Position numbers and translations under genes: made by a program. Under the pieces are notes generated by a model that saw nothing but the letters and a program-made list of their open reading frames with translations, was not told the DNA's origin and did no database searches. A DNA stretch of 64,000 bases from a virus. Location of the stretch: IMG/VR virus record IMGVR_UViG_3300022934_000003. One strand, written 5' to 3'. Numbering within the stretch: the stretch's first letter is position 1; each line of letters begins with the position of its first letter. Shown one piece after another: positions 17,462 to 26,448 of the stretch.

Positions 17462-17803
17462 CTAATATCTTTCCTCTGTAAAAAACCAACCAACAAATAG
17501 AGAAATAGTATATGTTGCAGCATGCAATGCTAATCCGCCTGCTAAAAAATACCACTCATTCATATATAATATATATGCAACTGCGCCATTAGTTAATTGT
17601 GATGTAAATTGTGATAGAATTTCAAACTTAGGATTACTAGCGAATTCAGCAATATCTGCAGTTCCTAATAATGATCCGACTCCAAATACATGTATAAAGA
17701 TATGCCAAAATGCTAATCCTAAAGCACCAAACATAAACTCAAAGTCGCCAGTACCGACATATAATGCCATACTGGCGATATTAATTCCTGTTGTAATAGT
17801 CAT
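17462..17803 (-). CDS. membrane protein
   Basis: Several hydrophobic segments. Confidence 0.6.
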   Translation of the reverse strand: MTITTGINIASMALYVGTGDFEFMFGALGLAFWHIFIHVFGVGSLLGTADIAEFASNPKFEILSQFTSQLTNGAVAYILYMNEWYFLAGGLALHAATYTISLFVGWFFTEERY

Positions 17804-17824
17804 TAATATATTGAGTGAGGCAGC

Positions 17825-18781
17825 TTACGCTGCCTCCGCTAATTCAATAGCTAGATCTAGAGCTTCAACTTTACGTTTAGCATTAGAACCAAACCAAGCA
17901 GAAGTCATGCGAGTATCAGTCGAGCGTCCTAGTTCGTGGTCAGCCATATAGGTAACCGCGTTATAGGCATTCCACCAGGTGCCGGGACGGAAATTGTCGC
18001 CCGGCTGATCCTCAACTCTCGCCATTGCTAGTTCAGCAGTGGGAGATAGAATACGATCTTCGCGAGTACTTTCGCCAAAGACCTGACCAAAGAAGCGCTC
18101 TAAGCTAGCGGCGTCGTAGCGTTTAGAACCGAGGAACTCGGCTGCTTCTTTGAATTTCTGGACTCTATTGTGAGAGAGACCCAGAACCTCTTTAACCTTT
18201 TCAGGGTTAAACTCATTTCTGTGATTCAATCGAATTGAAGGCTGTCCTTTTTCAGTAAGTGCAACAGCAAGTGTATTATTACAAACAACACGTTCCATTA
18301 CAAACTTAATATCAACAGACTTTCCATATTGATGTGGATTCGAGAATAGCAGATATCCTTTTACTTCATCACCATTAAATAGTGAGAAACCATCTTTAAC
18401 ATCAGCAAGAGCCCATACGATTTGTCCACCTTTAAGTGAACCGGCAGTATCCATAATCATATCGCCAGAGCTAACAAATTCTTTAAAGAAATCGAAAGCC
18501 TCTGCGTTTTGGACAGGGTTCCAACCTTTACCAACGTTAGTTAGAATTTTTCCATCAGTAGAACGAACTAGCGCTTGTTGGCCAGTTGGTAGTTCTTTAT
18601 TATTATGTGTATAGAATGTATCAACTTTTGATACTTCCCAATCAAGTCCTGCAGTAATCATCATTTCTTCAGGAGTCATATCGTCACTAACTGGAGTACC
18701 ATATCCATGCCAAGGTTTACCCTTAGATTCACGGTAAGCCATTTGAGCAACGCCATCTACAAATTCAAGTTCATGTGCCAT
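17825..18781 (-). CDS. DUF932 / phage-plasmid TIGR03299-like protein
   Basis: MAHELE, PWHG.G, AGLDWEV, TAGSLKGG, RVVCNNTL, GTWWNAYNAVT. Confidence 0.88.
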   Translation of the reverse strand: MAHELEFVDGVAQMAYRESKGKPWHGYGTPVSDDMTPEEMMITAGLDWEVSKVDTFYTHNNKELPTGQQALVRSTDGKILTNVGKGWNPVQNAEAFDFFKEFVSSGDMIMDTAGSLKGGQIVWALADVKDGFSLFNGDEVKGYLLFSNPHQYGKSVDIKFVMERVVCNNTLAVALTEKGQPSIRLNHRNEFNPEKVKEVLGLSHNRVQKFKEAAEFLGSKRYDAASLERFFGQVFGESTREDRILSPTAELAMARVEDQPGDNFRPGTWWNAYNAVTYMADHELGRSTDTRMTSAWFGSNAKRKVEALDLAIELAEAA

Positions 18782-18813
18782 TTTTTTTCCTTTTTTATTT
18801 AACTTACTATATT

Positions 18814-18842
18814 ATTATACATCATTTTAAAAGATATGTCAA
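18814..18842 (-). promoter_or_regulatory. early sigma70-type promoter
   Basis: TTGACA-17-TATAAT on the - strand. Confidence 0.8.
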
Positions 18843-18850
18843 CTGTTTTT

Positions 18851-19198
18851 TTAAACATATCCTCTTTTATCACCATAACGATCGAAATACTTCCAACCTT
18901 CTCCGTCATATAGATAAAGAAACTCTGCTCCATAGTACATAGCAGACTTCCAAAATTCTTCTTCAGTTTTAAACATATCTGGCTCTTCACGATGCACAGA
19001 TCTATTAATACTTTCTCTTAAATCTTTTGTTAAAGCAGAAATATATCCAGAGTTAGCAACAGCTTCTGCTTTGTCTGGAGTATTATAATAAGTTTTTAAA
19101 ATCTCTCCGTTATGCTCTAAATATCCGTCATAATGACAGTAAGTAGAAGTAACAGTTCCATCTTCATTTAAATTTGCAATTGCTGATCGTGTACCCAT
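18851..19198 (-). CDS. conserved phage hypothetical (MGTRS..YCHYDGY)
   Basis: Recognisable phage-family motif; part of an early operon. Confidence 0.65.
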   Translation of the reverse strand: MGTRSAIANLNEDGTVTSTYCHYDGYLEHNGEILKTYYNTPDKAEAVANSGYISALTKDLRESINRSVHREEPDMFKTEEEFWKSAMYYGAEFLYLYDGEGWKYFDRYGDKRGYV

Positions 19199-19440
19199 TA
19201 TAATATCACCTCTTTTTCGCCAAACATTTCACAAGCTTTAATTATGCTGTTAATAAATTTTTCACTTACAACATCTTTGCTTTCGCCATTTTGTTCAATA
19301 GTTAAAATATCTCCTGTAAGATCTGAACCATCGCACCATCCAGTAACTTTAGTTTCAGTAAGATCAAACTCACCTGTTTTAATATTAAATACTGGCATAT
19401 TAAATTTCATTCCAACTAATTCCATATTACGCTCCTGCAA
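19198..19440 (-). CDS. hypothetical early protein
   Basis: Coupled ORF. Confidence 0.5.
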   Translation of the reverse strand: MQERNMELVGMKFNMPVFNIKTGEFDLTETKVTGWCDGSDLTGDILTIEQNGESKDVVSEKFINSIIKACEMFGEKEVIL

Positions 19441-19768
19441 ATTGTTTCATAAATTCTTTTGATACTTTTTCTTGATGTTCTTTGAAACCAATTTCTAATT
19501 GATCTTCAACTGATTTAAGAAATTCGATAGTATCAGCAGCATCAGCCATAGCAGCCGCAAAGTTACGAGCTCTAACAACTGGATCAAAACCTTTTTCATG
19601 ACCACCTGAACTTGAACCTAAATCAAAAGTCCATTTGCCATTGTGTCTTTCAATATGTAAAGTGATAGTATCGTCAGTCCAAAAACCTTCGATATTCCAC
19701 CAAATATGAGCTGAACCTTGAGCAATTTCTTTAATAGTGAATTGTGATCTTGTAAATTGTTTATTCAT
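19427..19768 (-). CDS. hypothetical early protein
   Basis: First gene after the promoter; SD AAGGTG. Confidence 0.6.
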   Translation of the reverse strand: MNKQFTRSQFTIKEIAQGSAHIWWNIEGFWTDDTITLHIERHNGKWTFDLGSSSGGHEKGFDPVVRARNFAAAMADAADTIEFLKSVEDQLEIGFKEHQEKVSKEFMKQFAGA

Positions 19769-19800
19769 ATTTGCACCTTCTTTTTTTATTTTATAGTTAT

Positions 19801-19880
19801 ATTATACACTAGTTTCAAGAAGATGTCAACCCTTTTTTCACTTTTTTTCAAATAAAAAGATGTTAATAATCAATAACTTA
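19801..19880 (-). promoter_or_regulatory. early promoter (19801-19829) with upstream IHF-consensus site (19868-19880)
   Basis: TTGACA-17-TATAAT; AATCAATAACTTA fits WATCAANNNNTTR. Confidence 0.75.
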
Positions 19881-19906
19881 GAATTATTTTTAAATTTTTT
19901 TAAAAA

Positions 19907-20263
19907 TTAATGTACAGATAGGCTTTTCATAGGTAAAGCGTCCATCATATCAAGGGCGTGCGTGCCATATCCTGATTTAATTAGATCGACGACATCTACG
20001 AATTCCTCGTTAGATTTTACTGGTACTGTATATGCAGCTGGGCACATAAAAGTAATATGATGTTTCATATAATTTTTTGCTTCTTTTTCAGATTCAAAAG
20101 AAACAGCTTTAGTAATATCAAAGATATTTTCAGCAGAAAATAAGGCTATAATACCAGAGCCTTTACTATCATAATTTTCCGATTTAGTACCTAAAAATAT
20201 ACCTTCTTCAGGATCTACGATAATCCATCTGGTATTTTTTCCTTTGGGACTTTGTACTCGCAT
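19907..20263 (-). CDS. hypothetical protein
   Basis: SD AGGAG; late promoter at 20296-20303. Confidence 0.55.
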   Translation of the reverse strand: MRVQSPKGKNTRWIIVDPEEGIFLGTKSENYDSKGSGIIALFSAENIFDITKAVSFESEKEAKNYMKHHITFMCPAAYTVPVKSNEEFVDVVDLIKSGYGTHALDMMDALPMKSLSVH

Positions 20264-20304
20264 TACTACTCCTAGTTAATCAAATACGTTAAATTTATTT
20301 ATAA

Positions 20305-20874
20305 TTAAGCTGCTATGCCTTTATAACCTTCCCACCAATCAGGCGCTGGTGTGCCTTTTTCCCATTTAGCAAAAGGTTTGGAGTAGTGATAATAATTACG
20401 GTAAGCTTGTACTGGATCTCCCTCTACCATGCACTCTGGATACTTTTTCATGGCTTGTGGGAAAGTAGTAATATTGCTATTTAACATATTCGATGGAGCC
20501 TCTCTAAGAGGATCCTCGAGCTTCTGGCGGGTAGCGTGGACCTTACCAAAACGCTTTTCAAATTCATCACATAAGCCAATAAAGTGCTCATAATGCCATT
20601 GATAATTTTCTTTAGATTCACGAGTCCAAATAGTACAAGGATGATTATGATGTACTGCTCTATATAAAATATCTTCTAATTCTTTATCAGGATGTACCCA
20701 ATAATTTATTAATCGTAAGCCAGATTTAGATGGACGTTTTTCAATATAACCATCAATCATACGATGAGCTGTTGATAACATTTGGCCTGATTCTACAATC
20801 ATTTTTGGACAATGTTTATCGCATACCATACGAGCAGCAATAATAGGATCAGAATGTAAAACAAACATATTCAT
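20305..20874 (-). CDS. pyrimidine-dimer DNA glycosylase (DenV-like family)
   Basis: MNMFVLHSDP..AA..CDKH..KMIVE..QMLSTAH, HNHPCTIW, AYRNYY. Confidence 0.85.
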   Translation of the reverse strand: MNMFVLHSDPIIAARMVCDKHCPKMIVESGQMLSTAHRMIDGYIEKRPSKSGLRLINYWVHPDKELEDILYRAVHHNHPCTIWTRESKENYQWHYEHFIGLCDEFEKRFGKVHATRQKLEDPLREAPSNMLNSNITTFPQAMKKYPECMVEGDPVQAYRNYYHYSKPFAKWEKGTPAPDWWEGYKGIAA

Positions 20875-21332
20875 AGATTATTCCTTATCAATTCAATACC
20901 AGCTTCTTTGTATATTTTATCATGATCACCGCGTTTATTTTTTGGTAAAAGTTTATCTTCTTCTTTTAATATCCAACCAAATTCTACTTGTTGTAAAATA
21001 TCACCAGCTTTTTCTGGACTTTTTAACATATCTTCAATCATATCACTGATTGGATATTTGTGTTCTTGTATAAAAACTTTACGCCCATCATCAAATTTAT
21101 ATTGTTGATGATAAACATAATCAAAAAGATTTACATCAGTTTTATTTTTAGCAGCAACTGATATAAAAGGAATAGGAATATAATCGCAATAATAACGTAT
21201 TGCTCTATCAAGAAGTCTACGATGAAATTTATAGCCAGCAGTATTTTTTGGGTATTTAACTAATTTGCTGACAATAAAATTAACTTGATCGATAGAATCT
21301 TGTTTAGATTCTTCAGTATACATTAAACTCAT
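20871..21332 (-). CDS. hypothetical protein
   Basis: Follows an early promoter. Confidence 0.55.
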   Translation of the reverse strand: MSLMYTEESKQDSIDQVNFIVSKLVKYPKNTAGYKFHRRLLDRAIRYYCDYIPIPFISVAAKNKTDVNLFDYVYHQQYKFDDGRKVFIQEHKYPISDMIEDMLKSPEKAGDILQQVEFGWILKEEDKLLPKNKRGDHDKIYKEAGIELIRNNL

Positions 21333-21359
21333 TTAGCACCTTTTTATTTTTATAGTACT

Positions 21360-21388
21360 ATTATAACATAGTTTTAAGAAGATGTCAA
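21360..21388 (-). promoter_or_regulatory. early sigma70-type promoter
   Basis: TTGACA-17-TATAAT. Confidence 0.8.
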
Positions 21389-21529
21389 CCTTTTTTATAT
21401 ACCCAACGAGTTTCAGGTTTATCTCCAAAATAACGTGCGTAAACCGTGTCACCAACCCGCTCAAAAATTAAAGGTCGCTCATCTTCTTCTTTAAGATAAG
21501 ATGTTGTAGCTCCGTATCGTTTATTTAAA

Positions 21530-22111
21530 TCAATCATCATTTTTTTCTCCATAATTAAATGCTATTGAAATTCTATCTTTATCTGTTCTATTTGATTCTA
21601 CGTAATGATTAAGCCAAGAAGGAAAAATATAAAGAGCACCGGTTTCTACATTATAACTAGTTCTTGATGCTGTGAACTGTGTTAATGGCCAACTATCTGG
21701 TAAATGATATTCTGCTCCATCATTACGCTGGAAGAAAATATCTCCTTGTTCTGAACTAGCATCTACATAATAGCACCCACTTAGTACACTGCCTTGATGC
21801 ATATGCAATAAATTATATGCGCCAGGCGGATTTATATTAATCCAAATGTTTCCTAGTTTAAGTTGTTGTAATCCTACTTCAGCTGCGCAAATATTTACTT
21901 GCACATCTAAGTATTCAATAAGATTATCAATAGCTTGACACTCACCAAAAATTATATCAGGACTTTGCCATCCGCCACAATTACTAATTTCACGGCCATG
22001 ATCTCTTTTTTGTTTTTCATAAGCCCATTCTTTTATTGCATCATTATCTGCAAAATGAGTTACATCATCCCATATTATTTGTGGGAACCAAAGTTCCTTA
22101 TTCATTGTCAT
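21530..22111 (-). CDS. 2OG-Fe(II) oxygenase-like protein (TIGR02466 type)
   Basis: WININPPG..N..HMH..S.LSG.YY, IFPSWL.H.V, RISIAFN. Confidence 0.85.
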   Translation of the reverse strand: MTMNKELWFPQIIWDDVTHFADNDAIKEWAYEKQKRDHGREISNCGGWQSPDIIFGECQAIDNLIEYLDVQVNICAAEVGLQQLKLGNIWININPPGAYNLLHMHQGSVLSGCYYVDASSEQGDIFFQRNDGAEYHLPDSWPLTQFTASRTSYNVETGALYIFPSWLNHYVESNRTDKDRISIAFNYGEKNDD

Positions 22112-22117
22112 TATAAA

Positions 22118-22420
22118 TTAGTCGTCGTTCTCTTCTTGGTTTTTCTTCATTTCATCCATAATTTTAACAGTTTCTAAAGTATCATACCACCACTCTTCAT
22201 AAATCTGTTGGGTTTCGATCATTCTATTAACTGCTTGAAATCTAGCCTCATCTAATCCTGGTCTAGAACCAAAGTCATAAAGCTCTTCTACAGAAGCAAT
22301 AAAGTCTCCTACCCACGCGTTACGTTTGGGAGCGTAAATACCTGCAATATAATATGAAGGCAAATGTTTGAAATTTTGATTTACAAAAAATTTTTTAGCT
22401 TTCTTTTTATCTTCATCCAT
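22118..22420 (-). CDS. hypothetical protein
   Basis: ORF in the - strand run. Confidence 0.5.
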   Translation of the reverse strand: MDEDKKKAKKFFVNQNFKHLPSYYIAGIYAPKRNAWVGDFIASVEELYDFGSRPGLDEARFQAVNRMIETQQIYEEWWYDTLETVKIMDEMKKNQEENDD

Positions 22421-22622
22421 AAACAGTATTTATCATTTTTCCTTAGTCGCAGTACCAATTAGTAATCTCATCAATTGCAGCATCCCACGGAGTTTTATGT
22501 CTTGCTTTTCTCCACAGTTTTTCAGATACTCTCCATCCAAGATTAAAATTGAGACCTCTATGAGAACGAAAAATCCATACTATAGAAAATGTAACACGAA
22601 TTCTCCACCAAAATTTTTTCAT

Positions 22623-22859
22623 TTAATGAACACCATATAATTTATATCCTTGCTTAGCTTTTTCAATGCATTGTTTTTCATCCATTGCCCAACCATGCGC
22701 GACAGGATTTGGCCCACCTGCTTTACAAAAAACATCATAAGTATAAAATCCATTTCCTTTTGCGTTATGAATAGTATGATGTATTACATAACCATAACAA
22801 CTTTCATCAAATTGTTTATTCCAAATTTTATTTTTAATTGTTGGATTTAGTGTTTCCAT
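22623..22859 (-). CDS. hypothetical early protein
   Basis: SD AAGGTG after an early promoter. Confidence 0.55.
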   Translation of the reverse strand: METLNPTIKNKIWNKQFDESCYGYVIHHTIHNAKGNGFYTYDVFCKAGGPNPVAHGWAMDEKQCIEKAKQGYKLYGVH

Positions 22860-22888
22860 TTAGCACCTTTTTTAATTTTTATAATATT

Positions 22889-22917
22889 ATTATATAATAG
22901 TTTCAAAAAGATGTCAA
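22889..22917 (-). promoter_or_regulatory. early sigma70-type promoter
   Basis: TTGACA-17-TATAAT. Confidence 0.8.
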
Positions 22918-23589
22918 CTATTTTTCGTACATTTCTTTGTATTTTTTTCTTACAGAAAGGAAATGTTCTAAATAATCGTATGTGTTAATTTTAAATACTT
23001 GCGGTTCATTATCATCTACAGCAATTAAAATTACACCTTGTTTGATAGGAATGCCCGTGCGTTCTAAAAATGCTGCAGCATAAAAAGAAACTTGAATAAA
23101 ATAGTTTGTAATCCATTCTAATTTCTTTGGCTTTCTAGATGTTTTAAAATCTATAATAGAAAGTTCTCCGTCAAATTCTGCGATACAGTCAACTTGACCG
23201 GCACATTTTAATTTATCACTATATAAAAAACTTTCTTGCATCCAAATATTATTTACTCTTTTATCAAGAACGGATTTGATTTGATTAAAGGTAAAGAGAT
23301 TAGCTGGCATCTGGTCACCTTGCCAATTTTCAATATTATTGAGGTAGTCTTCTGCGAGCTTATGGACTGCTGTTCCTCTAGTCGCTGCTTGTTGTGAAAT
23401 CTTATCAGCTTCTGCTTCACCTACTCGTTTCCTCCATTCTATGATTTTTTCTTTACCAATAATTGATAATACTGTTGTAATAGAAGGATATGCATTTCCT
23501 TCTGGTGTAAAGTATTTTCTTCCACTCTCGGTTGTTTTACGTGTTAATGACGGGAGAGTAATCCCGTGATCTGCGTGATTAAATGTCAT
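22918..23589 (-). CDS. PD-(D/E)xK exonuclease (Cas4/RecB-like, common in T4-like phages)
   Basis: YPSITTVL, RGTAVH, AGQVDCI, IIDFKTS, YFIQ..Y. Confidence 0.88.
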   Translation of the reverse strand: MTFNHADHGITLPSLTRKTTESGRKYFTPEGNAYPSITTVLSIIGKEKIIEWRKRVGEAEADKISQQAATRGTAVHKLAEDYLNNIENWQGDQMPANLFTFNQIKSVLDKRVNNIWMQESFLYSDKLKCAGQVDCIAEFDGELSIIDFKTSRKPKKLEWITNYFIQVSFYAAAFLERTGIPIKQGVILIAVDDNEPQVFKINTYDYLEHFLSVRKKYKEMYEK

Positions 23590-23758
23590 AAATCTAAACT
23601 TTTTCCAATTGTTTTATCAAGTTCTTTTAATGTTACTAGATCTTGTTTTCTTTCTAATAATGTACGTTTTGGATTGAGATTAAAAGTATCTTCAAACCAA
23701 AAATTGATGCTATCAAAAGTATCTATTAACCATCTAAATATTTTTCTTTTTTTTATCA

Positions 23759-24259
23759 TTACATTTTCCTTTCCATCGCTATATGATCATTCGTCCACTT
23801 ATTATCTATTTGTACAAAACCATGCGCTTTAGCCCAGTTGTAATGTGAATCTCTTATCCAACCAAATAATTTTCCGTAGTTTTTCCAATCACGTTCATAT
23901 GAATTTGATAATAAAAACCATCCAAGATCTTTACCTCTATATTCTTTACGTATATTAAGAGTTCTATATCTTACTCTATTTTCATCCCACTGTATTAATT
24001 GTGTAGCACCTATTAACTTATCACTGTCATACAATCCATAAGAAATGCGCCTAGGATCGTGGTAAATTGTTGTATGCGGTCCTAAATGCTTAACAACTTC
24101 TACTATATTTTTCTTTGGATCTTTAAAATGATCTACTTCAATCCAATAATTTTTAATTGTTTCAAAGTCTATTTCTTTTATGGTTTTTACCATAAGGTTC
24201 TCAACGTTGTTTTTCCAATTCGATAATCCTCTGACGAAGCATATAGTTTTCTGCTTCAA
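23759..24259 (-). CDS. GNAT-family acetyltransferase (start probably MVKTIKE near 24193)
   Basis: RYRTLNIRKEYRGKDLG acetyl-CoA motif A. Confidence 0.65.
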   Translation of the reverse strand: MKQKTICFVRGLSNWKNNVENLMVKTIKEIDFETIKNYWIEVDHFKDPKKNIVEVVKHLGPHTTIYHDPRRISYGLYDSDKLIGATQLIQWDENRVRYRTLNIRKEYRGKDLGWFLLSNSYERDWKNYGKLFGWIRDSHYNWAKAHGFVQIDNKWTNDHIAMERKM

Positions 24260-24539
24260 GACTGCGAATTGTATTTACAAGTTTGGCACGATCTTCCTGT
24301 GCCATCTTTTCCTTGCGACCATTCTTCCAGTTATGACAAGTGTCCTTGACTGCTTCAAGATATTCTATCTGCTTGTTCCGTGTAGCACGTTCCCATTCCT
24401 TGGGATAGAGTATTTTGATTTCATCACAGTCAACATAGCCAGCATCATTGAGATGCAAATTGCCCAACCGAATATGATGTTTTAGTTCTTTGGGTTTCAG
24501 TCCAAGTAGTCTTGCTACTTTATGTAGATACAGTACCAT
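24201..24539 (-). CDS. hypothetical, possible HTH plus coiled coil
   Basis: VARLLGLKPKELK; C-terminal heptads. Confidence 0.45.
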   Translation of the reverse strand: MVLYLHKVARLLGLKPKELKHHIRLGNLHLNDAGYVDCDEIKILYPKEWERATRNKQIEYLEAVKDTCHNWKNGRKEKMAQEDRAKLVNTIRSLEAENYMLRQRIIELEKQR

Positions 24540-24557
24540 TATTCGTTACCTCACTGT

Positions 24558-24770
24558 TCACTTTCTACTCATCCCACAAGTATTATCTATTTCTTTTATG
24601 TTTGAAAACTTTTTCCCAATAGTATTAAAAATTCTCTCAGCTTCTTCCATTGATTTCGCTTCAACAATCATTTTAATAATATTATGATGTGTGCCCGCGC
24701 GAGTAGTTCCTTTTGGTGTACAATATTCACATCCACTATTTTCTATATCAACCATTGCTTCGTATTGCAT
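24558..24770 (-). CDS. hypothetical with CxxC
   Basis: CEYC; coupled to the gp4-like gene. Confidence 0.45.
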   Translation of the reverse strand: MQYEAMVDIENSGCEYCTPKGTTRAGTHHNIIKMIVEAKSMEEAERIFNTIGKKFSNIKEIDNTCGMSRK

Positions 24771-25144
24771 TAGAATAACTCCTTTTCCGTTAATACTTTA
24801 AATTCCATATTATTATCTATACAAAACTTTTCTGCATAACTCCATTTTGATTTATTTACATCCCAACGCTTTTGATAAGAAGGTTTTATTTCAACCATAA
24901 TAGTTCTACCAGAAGTTGTTTCAATAACAAAGTCTGGATAATAGTTATGCCACTTATTATCTTTAGGCGAAACATATGGAATATGAATTTCTTCTGATGA
25001 CCATCTAAGAATTTTTGGACTACGATCACAATATAACATAAATCTACGCTCCCACATAGAACGGTATGTAACTTTATTTACATTGCCATCATATTTAAGA
25101 GTATTTTTTGGTTTATATCTACCGCGTATTGCTACATTTTTCAT
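24770..25144 (-). CDS. head completion nuclease (T4 gp4-like)
   Basis: GRYKPKN..KY.G, YRSMWE, WSSEE, YYPDF, VEIKP. Confidence 0.9.
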   Translation of the reverse strand: MKNVAIRGRYKPKNTLKYDGNVNKVTYRSMWERRFMLYCDRSPKILRWSSEEIHIPYVSPKDNKWHNYYPDFVIETTSGRTIMVEIKPSYQKRWDVNKSKWSYAEKFCIDNNMEFKVLTEKELF

Positions 25145-25150
25145 AATATA

Positions 25151-25179
25151 ATTATAACACAGTTTTCAGAAAATGTCAA
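25151..25179 (-). promoter_or_regulatory. early sigma70-type promoter
   Basis: TTGACA-17-TATAAT; identical to 43544-43572. Confidence 0.8.
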
Positions 25180-25185
25180 CTATTT

Positions 25186-26448
25186 TTAAGAGAGTTTGTA
25201 GATATATGCTTTACCTGCATCACTACGTATACCAGCATCATCATCTTCTCTATCAGCACTTACAATCGCATAATTACCACTTATTGCTACTGAGTAACCA
25301 AAGCGATCAGTGGCGCTTGTACTATAAGCATTTGGGTTATCTAACGTCTTTACTAAATCTCCGCTAGTTACATTGAAGATATAAGTTTTACCTGAGCTAA
25401 TACCACCAGCATCATCTTCAAGATAAGCACCGACGATGGCATAGTTGCCATCGATTGCTACTGAGTCACCAAAATAATCACTAGCACTAGTATCATAAGG
25501 GTTGGGATTATCTAATGTATGAACTAAGTTACCAGTAGAAGTACTAAAGATATACGCTTTACCAGATGTATTGCCGCCTGAATCATCTTCTCCATAAGCA
25601 CCTACTATAGCATAGTTGCCACTTATTCCTACCGACGAACCAAAGATATCACTAGTACTAGTACTATAAGCATTTGGATTATCAAGTGTATAAACCAAAG
25701 CACCTGTTGATACATCAAAAATGTATGCTTTACCTGAATTGGTACCACCTGCATCATCTTCTCGAAAAGCACCAACAATAGCACGATCACCTGATATTGC
25801 TACCGAATAACCAAATAAATCATCAGCACTAGTATCATAAGCATTAGGATTGTCTAGTGTATGAGCTAAAGTACCATTAGCAGTGTGGAAGATATAAGCC
25901 TTACCTGAACTAGTACCACCAGCATCATCTTCATTATAAGCACCTACAATAGCATAGTTGCCACTTATTCCTACTGAAATACCAAAGCCATCACCAGCAG
26001 TAGTACTATAAGCATTTGGGTTATCTAATGTATGAGCTAAAGTACCATTAGCCGTGTGGAAGATATACGCTTTACCTGAACTAGTACCACCGGCGTCATC
26101 TTCCGCATCAGCACCAACGATGACATAATTACCATCTATTGCTACCGACGAACCAAAATAATCACTAGCACTAGTACTATAAGCATTTGGGTTATCTAGT
26201 GTATGTACTAATGCTCCAGTTATGGTATTAAAAATATAAGCCTTACCTGAACTTAAACCACCGGCGTCATCTTCGTTACGAACACCTACAATCGCACGAT
26301 CACCTGATATTGCTACCGAATAACCAAAAGAGTCATCATAACTAGTATCATAAGCACTTGGGTTATCTAGTGTGTGGAACAGGCTCCATTCTCTGCTGAC
26401 ACCTAATCCTATTAATGCCTGCGATGTTAAACTGGCTACTCTAGCCAT
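25186..26448 (-). CDS. seven-repeat FG-GAP beta-propeller (putative fibre tip/adhesin)
   Basis: Seven ~57-aa repeats TLDNPNAY..D.FG.SV.I.G.YAIVGA..EDD.GG..SGKAYIF. Confidence 0.85.
   Translation of the reverse strand: MARVASLTSQALIGLGVSREWSLFHTLDNPSAYDTSYDDSFGYSVAISGDRAIVGVRNEDDAGGLSSGKAYIFNTITGALVHTLDNPNAYSTSASDYFGSSVAIDGNYVIVGADAEDDAGGTSSGKAYIFHTANGTLAHTLDNPNAYSTTAGDGFGISVGISGNYAIVGAYNEDDAGGTSSGKAYIFHTANGTLAHTLDNPNAYDTSADDLFGYSVAISGDRAIVGAFREDDAGGTNSGKAYIFDVSTGALVYTLDNPNAYSTSTSDIFGSSVGISGNYAIVGAYGEDDSGGNTSGKAYIFSTSTGNLVHTLDNPNPYDTSASDYFGDSVAIDGNYAIVGAYLEDDAGGISSGKTYIFNVTSGDLVKTLDNPNAYSTSATDRFGYSVAISGNYAIVSADREDDDAGIRSDAGKAYIYKLS

Noticed and set aside
22918-23589. Cas4-like nuclease as evidence of CRISPR
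   Set aside because: Stand-alone PD-(D/E)xK exonuclease typical of T4-like phages; no array or Fe-S Cys set
25186-26400. Regularly spaced DNA repeats resembling a CRISPR array or DGR template
   Set aside because: 171-bp in-frame coding repeats of a propeller; no unique spacers, cas operon or reverse transcriptase
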